DNA of 64,000 bases from Escherichia coli (GTDB lineage Bacteria > Pseudomonadota > Gammaproteobacteria > Enterobacterales > Enterobacteriaceae): assembly GCA_025544715.1 (NCBI GenBank), contig GCA_025544715.1_4109.3. One strand, given 5' to 3'. Position 1 is the first letter of the stretch. The number at the start of each line of letters is the position of its first letter. Below, one piece after another: positions 55,382 through 64,000 of the stretch. A model generated the notes under the pieces. That model was not told the DNA's origin, searched no databases, and saw nothing but the letters and a program-made list of their open reading frames with translations. Position numbers and translations under genes: made by a program.

Positions 55382-55685
55382 ATTCTACTCCTTTGTATAT
55401 AAATTTACTAACTTCTTCGATGTATAAAGACGTCCCTAAACGTTCATTTAGAACTAACCAAGCACCAAAACCACATCGAATCTCGGATATATGAAACTCT
55501 TCTACACTGTAATTTGAATACGCCTTAAATGGACATATTTCATCAGATATACTTACCACATAGTTATTACTAATTGAATCTAACACTTGGGTATTGTATA
55601 AATTATTAGTACTGAAAATGTGCATTAACGAACTAGAAAGCATCTCGAATGTCTTTTCTAAAATTGTTAAAAACGAACCATTCAC
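55359..55685 (-). CDS. hypothetical protein (108 aa)
   Basis: GTG start with GGAG RBS 8 nt upstream. Confidence 0.4.
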   Translation of the reverse strand: MNGSFLTILEKTFEMLSSSLMHIFSTNNLYNTQVLDSISNNYVVSISDEICPFKAYSNYSVEEFHISEIRCGFGAWLVLNERLGTSLYIEEVSKFIYKGVEYVNPNYS

Positions 55686-55716
55686 TTCAACTTCTCCACA
55701 TTGGTGATGTAATCAA

Positions 55717-55725
55717 ATTATATCA
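55717..55725 (-). promoter_or_regulatory. extended -10 promoter element (TGaTATAAT)
   Basis: Minus-strand TGATATAAT within inverted repeat ggtgat...atcacc, about 30 nt upstream of 55359..55685. Confidence 0.35.
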
Positions 55726-55742
55726 CCGAATTCTGATACGTC

Positions 55743-56048
55743 TCATGATATTCGCATTTCATCTATATATAATGAACATGATTCAGAATTATCGTCTAAA
55801 CTTAAACCTAAATCAACCATTAAACCACAATGAGTTCCCCAGAATTTCTTTATGTATAGTTTTTTCCTACTATTACCTAAATCATAAACATATTCATTTT
55901 TAAACATACTTTTTAATTCTTCACATATACATTTTACTATCTTCATTAATTGATTATGATATTCGTATGGTATCCCATCAAGTTCGTTAATTATTAATGC
56001 AAAACCATTATCATAGTACTTTAGCTTATTGAATGTTTGTATATCCAT
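55743..56048 (-). CDS. hypothetical protein (101 aa)
   Basis: ORF. Confidence 0.4.
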   Translation of the reverse strand: MDIQTFNKLKYYDNGFALIINELDGIPYEYHNQLMKIVKCICEELKSMFKNEYVYDLGNSRKKLYIKKFWGTHCGLMVDLGLSLDDNSESCSLYIDEMRIS

Positions 56049-56345
56049 TTAATATATAATCTCACTAGCTTCTATTGTGTAGACACCATCATCAGTCATT
56101 AATCTTACTGCAACTTTAATATTACTAGACAATCGTGTAACTATCAATCCAATAATTATACCATCCTTTAAAGTACCATTATGGTATCTTACTTGTACTT
56201 TAGTTTTGTTATCAATTAGGTATCTTCGAATATAATGAATTTCAGTTCTAAACAGTTCTAAGTAAACTTCACTATATTCCTTATCTGAACCGTCTGAACA
56301 CCAGTACAATAAATTTACTTGTTCAAATAATTTTTTTATATTCAT
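56049..56345 (-). CDS. small protein, possible LIGxxV family member
   Basis: Weak match (YLIDNKTKVQVRY). Confidence 0.4.
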   Translation of the reverse strand: MNIKKLFEQVNLLYWCSDGSDKEYSEVYLELFRTEIHYIRRYLIDNKTKVQVRYHNGTLKDGIIIGLIVTRLSSNIKVAVRLMTDDGVYTIEASEIIY

Positions 56346-56644
56346 AAAAATCTCACAGATTTAATATTACTAGTTACATGATTAACCCAAGTGTTATCGA
56401 ACTTGTAAACAATTGTATTAAGTGATTTATGAAAATTAACCTCAGACACCACAGCCTTGGAACCATTGATTACACAGACGGTTGACGGTAAATTATTTGC
56501 TAATATCTCTTTTTCATCTAAAGATAGTGAACTAATACAATCATAATAGAGAGGTTCAAGAACTTGTTCAGTACTGAGAAATTCAAAAGAAAGATCATCT
56601 ATTAGTTTTATGTAATCGAATAAATTATGATAATATTCATTCAT
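56342..56644 (-). CDS. hypothetical protein (100 aa)
   Basis: Start re-assigned to ATG (MNEYYHN) with AAGGA RBS (track 56701). Confidence 0.4.
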   Translation of the reverse strand: MNEYYHNLFDYIKLIDDLSFEFLSTEQVLEPLYYDCISSLSLDEKEILANNLPSTVCVINGSKAVVSEVNFHKSLNTIVYKFDNTWVNHVTSNIKSVRFL

Positions 56645-56891
56645 TGCAGATCCTTTTAAATTTAGCATTATTAGAATATGTATATGAATGACCAAAATCA
56701 TTTACGCCATGTACATTTAGTACACCGTCACTGAAATAAATTCGTTCAATAGTGAGTTCACGTTTATAATCCCAATCATCATACCAGCACAGAACACGAA
56801 TACCTTTGTACTTTGTAGTTAAATCATTTTCTAATATAGTCAAGTAATCAATATGACTTTTGAATATCTCTAAGTCCTGCTCAAACATCAT
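56637..56891 (-). CDS. small protein, LIGxxV family member
   Basis: KYKGIRVLCWY motif. Confidence 0.45.
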   Translation of the reverse strand: MMFEQDLEIFKSHIDYLTILENDLTTKYKGIRVLCWYDDWDYKRELTIERIYFSDGVLNVHGVNDFGHSYTYSNNAKFKRICNE

Positions 56892-57148
56892 TGTTCCTCG
56901 TATAATTCTATATCATCAACTCCAACTTGGCGAATTGCAGTACTTCTGTTGAATGTATTTTTTTCAAACAAACATACTGTTAAACGTATTTCACACTTCA
57001 ATGCACTGTAATAAATCATATCAATAACACCATATGTTTCATACATTTCTACGTATACATTTCGACCTAAATACTTTTCTTCTAAATCAGTAATTAGACT
57101 ATTGATAAGATTACCTATCTGTGTTATATCTGTGTGAAATTTATCCAT
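56888..57148 (-). CDS. small protein, LIGxxV family member
   Basis: KYLGRNVYVEM motif. Confidence 0.45.
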   Translation of the reverse strand: MDKFHTDITQIGNLINSLITDLEEKYLGRNVYVEMYETYGVIDMIYYSALKCEIRLTVCLFEKNTFNRSTAIRQVGVDDIELYEEQ

Positions 57149-57324
57149 TATAATAAACCTCTCACATAAAACATTGATGAAAATAGATAATCATTAGTAC
57201 TTGTGTTTAGTTGTTTAGAAAAGTTATATTTTTTATCTTTATTTTCGTATAAAGACAATCTATAGAACATTTCTATATTTTCTAAGTATTCTTTTTGTAA
57301 CAACATCTGTGTTTTTACATTCAT
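57148..57324 (-). CDS. hypothetical small protein (58 aa)
   Basis: Start re-assigned to ATG with AAGGT RBS just after the pseT terminator (track 57393). Confidence 0.35.
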   Translation of the reverse strand: MNVKTQMLLQKEYLENIEMFYRLSLYENKDKKYNFSKQLNTSTNDYLFSSMFYVRGLL

Positions 57325-57340
57325 TACAATATACCTTAAA

Positions 57341-57368
57341 AGAAAAAGGGACCAACATATGATCCCTT
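57341..57368 (-). terminator. hairpin terminator after pseT
   Basis: aaaaggga/tccctttt stem followed by T-rich run on minus strand. Confidence 0.4.
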
Positions 57369-57373
57369 TTGTA

Positions 57374-58306
57374 TTAGAAATTTCCTTCTGCAACTTGAAA
57401 AACTTTCAAGCCAAGTAGTTTACGCCACATGAATACAACTTGATCGCGGTCATCATAAACCTTTTTAACATCGTAATGATCAACCACATTTTTCATGTAC
57501 AGGTCGAATTTTACAACATCATCGGGACGTTTATCATCGATGTCTCGCATAAACAATGCATCGTAAGGAACACCCCAATTCTTAAGCCACTGTTCGGTAT
57601 CAGCACGACACCCTTCAGTACGCCCACTCATGACGATAATCTTGCGTTTATGAAAAACTGCTTCAGCGATAATAGACAAAATAACTTCTTCATCTGGTGT
57701 ATCCTGAAGAACAGTACTTTCATCGTAAGGATTACGACCCCATTTATGAGCAAGAGTACCGTCAATATCAACGATAACAGCAGCTTCTCGTGAATTACCA
57801 TAGTAACCAATGTGCATGGCCTTACTATAATAGTACGTATCTGCCATAGTGTCAATGATATTATCTTGTACAGAACGCTCACGCATGAGGTTACGTTTCT
57901 TACAAAGTTTTACGAACTCTTTAATCTTAAAGAAAACATGAACATCTGCACCACGATCTTCATTCGGTACAAAATCTTCGTAGAAGTTCTTTTCTTTGTA
58001 GTCGTATTCATTATCTTTAGCCCAACGTTTCCATTCATCACGGAAATGTTGTTTAAGGTTCGTATCGGACACAATGATGTTCCAACCATTCTCTGCTGCT
58101 GAATTTGCTGCACTGAACTGCATTTTAGTTACGTACTGCTCATTAGCGTCGTTGAATTTGTATGCATCATGTGACCCAGCCATAGATTCACGAATATCAT
58201 CACGGTTGATGTTGATAGTCTTTGATTTGGCATTTTTAATTTCTTGAACTGCCCATGTAGTTTTACCACAACCAGGCAACCCAACTGTTAGTGTAATAGT
58301 TGGCAT
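57374..58306 (-). CDS. pseT: polynucleotide 5'-kinase/3'-phosphatase
   Basis: Walker A GLPGCGKTT, phosphatase DxDGT motif IVDIDGTLA; overall similarity to T4 Pnk. Confidence 0.85.
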   Translation of the reverse strand: MPTITLTVGLPGCGKTTWAVQEIKNAKSKTININRDDIRESMAGSHDAYKFNDANEQYVTKMQFSAANSAAENGWNIIVSDTNLKQHFRDEWKRWAKDNEYDYKEKNFYEDFVPNEDRGADVHVFFKIKEFVKLCKKRNLMRERSVQDNIIDTMADTYYYSKAMHIGYYGNSREAAVIVDIDGTLAHKWGRNPYDESTVLQDTPDEEVILSIIAEAVFHKRKIIVMSGRTEGCRADTEQWLKNWGVPYDALFMRDIDDKRPDDVVKFDLYMKNVVDHYDVKKVYDDRDQVVFMWRKLLGLKVFQVAEGNF

Positions 58307-58318
58307 TATTACTCCTTG

Positions 58319-58633
58319 TTACTCAATGAATTCAACATCTTCGAGTTTGTGCCATCCTCTTGAAAGGTTTCTTGTTCCGTTATTGTATTCAGTGTATACA
58401 AAGCATTCACCATTTACTAAATTACCAATAGCAGTACGCGATACTTTAACATCAAGAATTATAGTACTGAACCATTCTCTGATTGTATGATCCCAGCATT
58501 TAACTTTACATCCAATCAATGTTTTCTTAAAATCGAAAACGTAATCTTCGACCATTGATTCGACAGATTCTATTAGTTCCTTTTCAATGTACTTTAACTT
58601 TTCGATCCTCTCAAATGCAAGTTCTTTATTCAT
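58319..58633 (-). CDS. small protein, LIGxxV family member
   Basis: KTLIGCKVKCWD motif. Confidence 0.45.
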   Translation of the reverse strand: MNKELAFERIEKLKYIEKELIESVESMVEDYVFDFKKTLIGCKVKCWDHTIREWFSTIILDVKVSRTAIGNLVNGECFVYTEYNNGTRNLSRGWHKLEDVEFIE

Positions 58634-58639
58634 ATGTCC

Positions 58640-58894
58640 TCAATTATCTAGAACATCCACTATCAAACAAGCTTCAATAACGAAACAATCATCTAATTCA
58701 AAGAGTAATTGATAGTCATCAGAAAACTTCACTTTAGTAATGTAAGCACTTTCAATTCCACCACTATGATAAGAACTATATAAAATACATTTACCTGTAT
58801 ATTCCTTACGGATACGACTAAATTCTTCATATAAATGAGTAATAAACGTATCCGCAGTTTTGTTGTAGTATTTTAGGTCACTTACTGTGCTCAT
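58640..58894 (-). CDS. small protein, LIGxxV family member
   Basis: KEYTGKCILYSS motif. Confidence 0.4.
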   Translation of the reverse strand: MSTVSDLKYYNKTADTFITHLYEEFSRIRKEYTGKCILYSSYHSGGIESAYITKVKFSDDYQLLFELDDCFVIEACLIVDVLDN

Positions 58895-59108
58895 TAACTT
58901 TTCCTACTCCAAATCGTTTGGAGATTTTCACAAGTACAGATTCATCACAACGAATACTAGCTGTATCATTGGATGAACTGTACTTTAATGGGGTCCACTG
59001 TAATTGAGATTCTTCTAGGAACTTGATACATCTGAAGTAATCTTTCAGAGAAAGAAATTTAACTACTGACATATCCTGAACAATACTATGCTGAACTTCA
59101 ACTTTCAT
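58878..59108 (-). CDS. hypothetical protein (76 aa)
   Basis: ORF. Confidence 0.4.
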   Translation of the reverse strand: MKVEVQHSIVQDMSVVKFLSLKDYFRCIKFLEESQLQWTPLKYSSSNDTASIRCDESVLVKISKRFGVGKVNEHSK

Positions 59109-59117
59109 ATGAACTCC

Positions 59118-59375
59118 TTATAGTGGATCAAATTTATTTTCACGTTTCGATGTATAGCGAGTTACATCATGTATTCTCGGCTTAACACCTTTTGGTTTCC
59201 TTTTCTTCTTGTATTCAGTACTACTACATCCGAAGGTATTCTCGATTCGTTTCTTACTTATCTTCACACCTTTCATTGAGCGTTTGTGCTGTAATTCATC
59301 GATTTCTTCTTGTATTTTCCTGAACTCAGTCGGAGAAAGGGAACCGTCATTTTTATACTTAGGTTTAGCCATCAC
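59118..59375 (-). CDS. hypothetical basic protein (85 aa)
   Basis: Lys/Arg-rich. Confidence 0.4.
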   Translation of the reverse strand: MMAKPKYKNDGSLSPTEFRKIQEEIDELQHKRSMKGVKISKKRIENTFGCSSTEYKKKRKPKGVKPRIHDVTRYTSKRENKFDPL

Positions 59376-59402
59376 TTCTCCTTGTGCTTAGGCTAGATAG
59401 TA

Positions 59403-60545
59403 CTAAAAATCCTTTAGTACAATTTTCATGTATTTTATAAGAGTCTCTTTGTAATCAACTTTCTTATTGTTATACATTGCAAAGGCCAAGCCCTGACGAT
59501 TCAGTTCATTAGTTAAACACTCCTGAACCTTCATTGCGAATTCCTTTCGCTCCAAGTGCTTGTGTTCCTTGACGAAGCTTTCTACTTCATCTTGTAATGC
59601 ATTATAGCACGAAAATACCAATTGTTCCATTCTTAATATCTTTTGCATAGCATATTCATCAGTACTGAACAATTGTTTTAAATCATCACTTGAACCATTT
59701 AATACGGCTTCATATAAATGAGAATCAATAATAATACTATCTTTTGTAAGATGTAATGAACTGTACCAGTCAGTCTTTATTTTACACATTGTTCCATTAT
59801 TTAGGATGCACACAAAACCCTCAATATCAAGCATTTTATGAACTTCCTCCACGCTTTCACGGAAGGTATTTCGTACCGGAAAAGTGTGATGAATATCTTT
59901 TCCTGTCATATTAGTACTGTACTGTGCAAGACATGGAAACTTATCACGTAGTGCTTTACCACATAGCAACTCACCACTCACACGATGTCGAACGTTCAGT
60001 ACAAACAGTTGTTCTACCTGATATGGTAATACAATTCGGTACTCTGGGCTTGTATACTCCATATTAACTGTGTAACCTAAACGTTCCGCTTCGTCGATGT
60101 ACTGATACAAATTCTGGTTCTCGTTAATAAGTCGAGTACTGTTAATCGCATGGTCAGAATACAATGCAGTATGTGATTTACAACGAATCTCACCATCATT
60201 ATCACGATAAGTACTGATGATCGAACCATCCAACTTAGGCATAACTACCGCAATGTCATCGCATGTGGTGTTAGCAGGGAACATTGTAGCAGGATTCTCG
60301 TAAGCATTAAAGAACTTTTTCATTGTACGTGCTGCACAACGTATCATGTCACCTTCTTCATCAATTTCCCACATAGAGCCACGGGTTTCCAACGCATTTG
60401 GTTGCATGAAATCAGTGTATGATGCTAGACGATAACTGAATACACGATACGTACCACCAGCAGGACTTTTATGATCCACATAAAAGAACGCATCGTTTGT
60501 ATTACATAAGTGCATTAAATCTTCATATATTTGCAAAAGGGTCAT
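59403..60545 (-). CDS. rnlA: RNA ligase 1
   Basis: Adenylation motif KLDGS and N-terminal similarity to T4 RnlA (GGTYRVFSY, ETRG, KFFN). Confidence 0.85.
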   Translation of the reverse strand: MTLLQIYEDLMHLCNTNDAFFYVDHKSPAGGTYRVFSYRLASYTDFMQPNALETRGSMWEIDEEGDMIRCAARTMKKFFNAYENPATMFPANTTCDDIAVVMPKLDGSIISTYRDNDGEIRCKSHTALYSDHAINSTRLINENQNLYQYIDEAERLGYTVNMEYTSPEYRIVLPYQVEQLFVLNVRHRVSGELLCGKALRDKFPCLAQYSTNMTGKDIHHTFPVRNTFRESVEEVHKMLDIEGFVCILNNGTMCKIKTDWYSSLHLTKDSIIIDSHLYEAVLNGSSDDLKQLFSTDEYAMQKILRMEQLVFSCYNALQDEVESFVKEHKHLERKEFAMKVQECLTNELNRQGLAFAMYNNKKVDYKETLIKYMKIVLKDF

Positions 60546-60805
60546 TTTATTACCTCTATGTCTATATCAGTTCCATAATATGATATTAATCCATCATCTG
60601 ATTCACACTGAATAGACAACTCAGATTCATAATATGTTACTTTATTCACTGTTAGTACTTGTTCTTCAATTTTTCCAGAAAAATAATTCATCTCACGTAC
60701 ACGAACTTTAGTTCCTTTAGGGAGTTCTTCAGAGATTTTTCGAACAAGTTCATAAGCAGCCTGTTCAAGTGTGTACAGTAATTGTAATCTATCTTGGATA
60801 TTCAT
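60542..60805 (-). CDS. small protein, LIGxxV family member
   Basis: LPKGTKVRVRE motif; start re-assigned to ATG (MNIQDRL) with RBS (track 60850). Confidence 0.4.
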   Translation of the reverse strand: MNIQDRLQLLYTLEQAAYELVRKISEELPKGTKVRVREMNYFSGKIEEQVLTVNKVTYYESELSIQCESDDGLISYYGTDIDIEVIK

Positions 60806-60806
60806 A

Positions 60807-61496
60807 TTATTTCCACCAACTGGTATCACGTCCATTAGACAAAGATTCATTGTACTGTCGTCTGAAATTTGTTTCAGGGTTATTATTCATTGTACTAATG
60901 AAATTAAATTTAGTAACTTCTTGGATATATCTAATAACACTATCTTTAAATTTAATAGTACTGAAATCTAAATCCAAATGTTCATAAGATACTGGATGAC
61001 AAAACTCATGTGTACGCAACGATGGCATGGTATCCTTAATGTATTGCACAGTGTTAATCATTGCATTGTATTCCGGCATAGCACGCATCATCATTAGCTG
61101 AAAGTGTTCTTCCTCTGACATTGACTCATCCAAATCAATAACGACTTCATCATTTTTAGAGTCATAAACTTTAATGGTACTCTTGGTTGGATCAAGCATA
61201 GCCCACTCTGGATACAGGCATGTTTTCCAAAAAGGATTATTGCACTGAAACATACTAATGAGATTTTGATCTTTATCAAAAATAGCAAATCCAAGATCCG
61301 AACTTGGTTGTACTTCACATACACAAATATCGTAAGACGAGTCTTCAGTACTGAGTGAACCAACTACATTTGATATATGTGAATATGGAGTTTCTCTTGA
61401 CTCCAACTGAAATGTACTTTCAATTCGATTGATTTGTGGATGTAATGTAATTACACCCCTTAGTACATATAAAATTCTATCTAAATCTTTAATCAA
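60807..61496 (-). CDS. hypothetical protein (229 aa)
   Basis: ORF. Confidence 0.45.
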   Translation of the reverse strand: MIKDLDRILYVLRGVITLHPQINRIESTFQLESRETPYSHISNVVGSLSTEDSSYDICVCEVQPSSDLGFAIFDKDQNLISMFQCNNPFWKTCLYPEWAMLDPTKSTIKVYDSKNDEVVIDLDESMSEEEHFQLMMMRAMPEYNAMINTVQYIKDTMPSLRTHEFCHPVSYEHLDLDFSTIKFKDSVIRYIQEVTKFNFISTMNNNPETNFRRQYNESLSNGRDTSWWK

Positions 61497-62071
61497 AATT
61501 CTATCCCCGTATCAGTTAATTTCGTTCCGTCCATGTACTTAACAGTTATTTCAATGCGTCGATCAGTACTCAATTTTTGAAGATCATTGTAGTACAATTT
61601 AAATTCTTCAAAGAACTCAAGTGGTGGAATATCGTATAAAGTACTAATCTGGAAGTGCTCAGGTAATCCAAATTCCAATATATCAATCTTAGGCATAAGT
61701 CCATCGGCTGCTGCACCTTCTGGAGTACTGCTATCTGCTACATAAAACATAGAATTACCATGACGCTGGATAACGAATATGCAATCATCTTCACTTACAT
61801 AAATCATATTTCCAAGGTATGGATCGTTATCACACCAATTATCATGGACGAGTTGTTCAACTTGAAGTAAATCTTTTATAATTCCCTGACCACTATCGTC
61901 AACTAGAATATGTAAACCAGAACAATCTTTGCTCAACCAGCGGTATCTTGCATCACATCCTGATTCCATAAATGGATATTTTGAAAAATCCATATCAGTA
62001 CCATTATAAAACCAATCGTACCACTCATTACGCATACTAATCAGCTTAGTACTTAATTCTAATACATTCAT
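61493..62071 (-). CDS. hypothetical protein (192 aa)
   Basis: ORF. Confidence 0.45.
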   Translation of the reverse strand: MNVLELSTKLISMRNEWYDWFYNGTDMDFSKYPFMESGCDARYRWLSKDCSGLHILVDDSGQGIIKDLLQVEQLVHDNWCDNDPYLGNMIYVSEDDCIFVIQRHGNSMFYVADSSTPEGAAADGLMPKIDILEFGLPEHFQISTLYDIPPLEFFEEFKLYYNDLQKLSTDRRIEITVKYMDGTKLTDTGIEF

Positions 62072-62078
62072 TTTAGTT

Positions 62079-62381
62079 TTATCCTCTTAATTTAATAGTA
62101 CTGGCTGGATATTCTACCAAAGTATTATCTGGTAATCCTATACAGTAATAAGGGAAATACCCCATCTTTATATTAATACCAATTAAAATTCCTGTTTTAT
62201 ATGAAGTATTAATTCCATAGTAATCGTCTATATCAACAGCAAGTCCATATAATGATATGTTACAATCCTTGATATATCGGTCAAACATTTTATACATTGC
62301 AGAATATAAAGTTCCATTGGATTGTCTCACCAAATCTGCCAACATTTTGATAGTACTGTTAATTAAATCTATACTGAACAT
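62079..62381 (-). CDS. hypothetical protein (100 aa)
   Basis: ORF. Confidence 0.45.
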   Translation of the reverse strand: MFSIDLINSTIKMLADLVRQSNGTLYSAMYKMFDRYIKDCNISLYGLAVDIDDYYGINTSYKTGILIGINIKMGYFPYYCIGLPDNTLVEYPASTIKLRG

Positions 62382-62393
62382 CTTTGTACCTGC

Positions 62394-62418
62394 GAAAAAA
62401 GACCAGCAAACGCTGGCC
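62394..62418 (-). terminator. rho-independent terminator
   Basis: ccagc/gctgg core stem followed by T6 on minus strand. Confidence 0.45.
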
Positions 62419-62425
62419 TAAAAAT

Positions 62426-62707
62426 TTAAATTATTTCATAAAGACAATATACACCATCAACGCCAGCATCAGGAAAATCAACATAGAAATTCACACTAAC
62501 AGTGTCGTAATCTATATCAGTGATTCGTCCGGTTTTACCTACACTTTTTACAAATATATCAGTACCAAGATACACGAACTCAAATTCGTCCGCATACTCT
62601 TTTATGATATCTGCGAACCAACAACCACACCTAGGTTCTGTGTTAATAATTTCAAGATATAATGTAATATATTGTTCGTATGTCCATGTGTGTAGATAAA
62701 AATCCAT
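62426..62707 (-). CDS. hypothetical protein (93 aa)
   Basis: ORF; chosen over antisense ORF 62384..62662. Confidence 0.45.
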   Translation of the reverse strand: MDFYLHTWTYEQYITLYLEIINTEPRCGCWFADIIKEYADEFEFVYLGTDIFVKSVGKTGRITDIDYDTVSVNFYVDFPDAGVDGVYCLYEII

Positions 62708-62717
62708 AGCAGTTTCC

Positions 62718-63452
62718 TTAGAAATATATCATACCCATCAATTCAGAATCGTCGGGGCGAGTATAACCTTGCTTCTTAACTTTAAAATAGAATGATTCAT
62801 GCTCTTCTAAATTATAACGTTTTTTCAAGCAACGAGTATATGTCTGGCAGTTCGGTGAAACCCATTCATAGATATGAACACCATCTTCATTATAACCATT
62901 AACACTACAACGATTACCTTCATGTTTCATGTAATTTTTACTTTTTTCAGTAAATTCACGAGAATATGCAGTACTTGGTGCTTTGTATTCAAAAGGAACT
63001 TCAGTCATACGAAAATAAAAGTATTCTTCGTCTTCATCATAACCCAAGAGCACAGTGTTAGTTTCACGTACATTGTAATGATTCTTACTTTTTAATTCAT
63101 TTTCATATATATCGTTAAGAACTTCAGCAAATACAATCTCAGGTGCAGCATCTGGATCTGACACACCACTAATTCTTCTTTCAATGATAAAATCTGTGAA
63201 TTTACGGTCTTCGACTATATCTTCGTTCATATAAAGACTAACAAACTTATCCTTATATGTCTTGACACTATATTGCTTACTTTGCACTTCACTATAAACG
63301 TCAGCTAACAAGTTTTCTTGTCCACATTGAACACCACTTACAGAGTAAGCACATGCATGTTCAGCCATTACTGATGTTAACATTTGAAAATTAGCAATAT
63401 TTAGTTGGTTTGCCATTTCGGTAGCAAATTTAATGTTATCTATCATTTTCAC
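62718..63452 (-). CDS. hypothetical protein (244 aa)
   Basis: ORF. Confidence 0.45.
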   Translation of the reverse strand: MKMIDNIKFATEMANQLNIANFQMLTSVMAEHACAYSVSGVQCGQENLLADVYSEVQSKQYSVKTYKDKFVSLYMNEDIVEDRKFTDFIIERRISGVSDPDAAPEIVFAEVLNDIYENELKSKNHYNVRETNTVLLGYDEDEEYFYFRMTEVPFEYKAPSTAYSREFTEKSKNYMKHEGNRCSVNGYNEDGVHIYEWVSPNCQTYTRCLKKRYNLEEHESFYFKVKKQGYTRPDDSELMGMIYF

Positions 63453-63473
63453 ATTCCTTGTGTTTATGATTTT

Positions 63474-63938
63474 TTAAACTTTTATTTTTTTCTCTAGTAG
63501 ACATAAACATATATAGTCAATTACAATACCAATGTCCTCAACATCAAATGTTTCAGTATACCCATCACCAAAAATCCTTTTTGGTAATTTACTGCTATTT
63601 TTTAATAAACTTATAATGTTATATTCTATATTTTTCACAACTTCGGTATTACCAGTAAAATAATATAATTCATCAACTATAAAATTAGTTTTCGATCTAA
63701 TACTTATTATTCTAGTTTGATCAAACCTTGTTGATATACCAACTTTATATTTTATTAATATATTATCTTCATAAATTCCAATAATGTATAATTTACATTC
63801 ATTCGGAACTTCTCGTACACAATTACAATTTAGAACTCCACACTTAACTCTACTATACGGTACATATTTGTTGAAGTTACATTCAGTACAGAAAAAACGA
63901 GCCGGTTGTTGTGTACCCTTGTATGATGTTTTATCCAT
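63474..63938 (-). CDS. zinc-ribbon + T5orf172/GIY-YIG-like domain protein
   Basis: N-terminal CTEC...C..C.C then LYIIGIYEDNILIKYKVGISTRFDQTRI, resembling the GIY...KIGxT...R pattern. Confidence 0.4.
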   Translation of the reverse strand: MDKTSYKGTQQPARFFCTECNFNKYVPYSRVKCGVLNCNCVREVPNECKLYIIGIYEDNILIKYKVGISTRFDQTRIISIRSKTNFIVDELYYFTGNTEVVKNIEYNIISLLKNSSKLPKRIFGDGYTETFDVEDIGIVIDYICLCLLEKKIKV

Positions 63939-64000
63939 ATGTAATGTATTGGAATACTCTCGAATTTTCTCGGTTATCGAAGAATAAGCCTCATCAATAG

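Noticed and set aside
1-64000. CRISPR array or other tandem repeat array
   Set aside because: No regularly spaced direct repeats with unique spacers; the abundant AGTACT motif is dispersed, not arrayed.

Overview
The window is a gene-dense, AT-rich (about one-third G+C by eye) segment of a large virulent tailed phage of a Gram-negative host. Almost every gene is on the minus strand, packed into operons with short overlaps, ATGA-type coupling and hairpin/T-run terminators between blocks. Confidently recognised genes include T4-type enzymes: anaerobic ribonucleotide reductase NrdD with its activase NrdG, an NrdC-like glutaredoxin, gp30-like ATP-dependent DNA ligase, dCMP deaminase, polynucleotide kinase/phosphatase (PseT), RNA ligase 1 (RnlA), a LysM-lysozyme endolysin and an i-/o-spanin pair, plus TATAAATA late-promoter motifs. 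Gene order is not T4-like. Other recognised genes are a CCA-adding tRNA nucleotidyltransferase, PhoH, ClpP, an HslV-like protease, two metallophosphatases, two Nudix hydrolases, a macro-domain protein, a Sir2-like protein, a ribosome hibernation factor homolog, an HNH endonuclease and three paralogous tail-fibre genes. The most striking signals are (1) a highly iterated palindrome, AGTACT/CAGTACTG, at roughly 6-fold (hexamer) to more than 50-fold (octamer) above composition expectation; (2) a roughly 650-bp GC-elevated non-coding locus with its own promoter, terminator, direct repeats and long hairpins; (3) a Sir2-Nudix (plus macro-domain and 2H-phosphoesterase) set suggesting NAD/ADP-ribose/cyclic-nucleotide counter-defence; and (4) the only plus-strand module, encoding an Ig-like-repeat protein and a standalone copy of its N-terminal domain. 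No tRNA, rRNA or CRISPR array could be supported. All calls rest on motif recognition by eye; no database search was run, and several ORF-track starts (GTG/TTG extensions) were re-assigned to ATG/RBS-supported starts.
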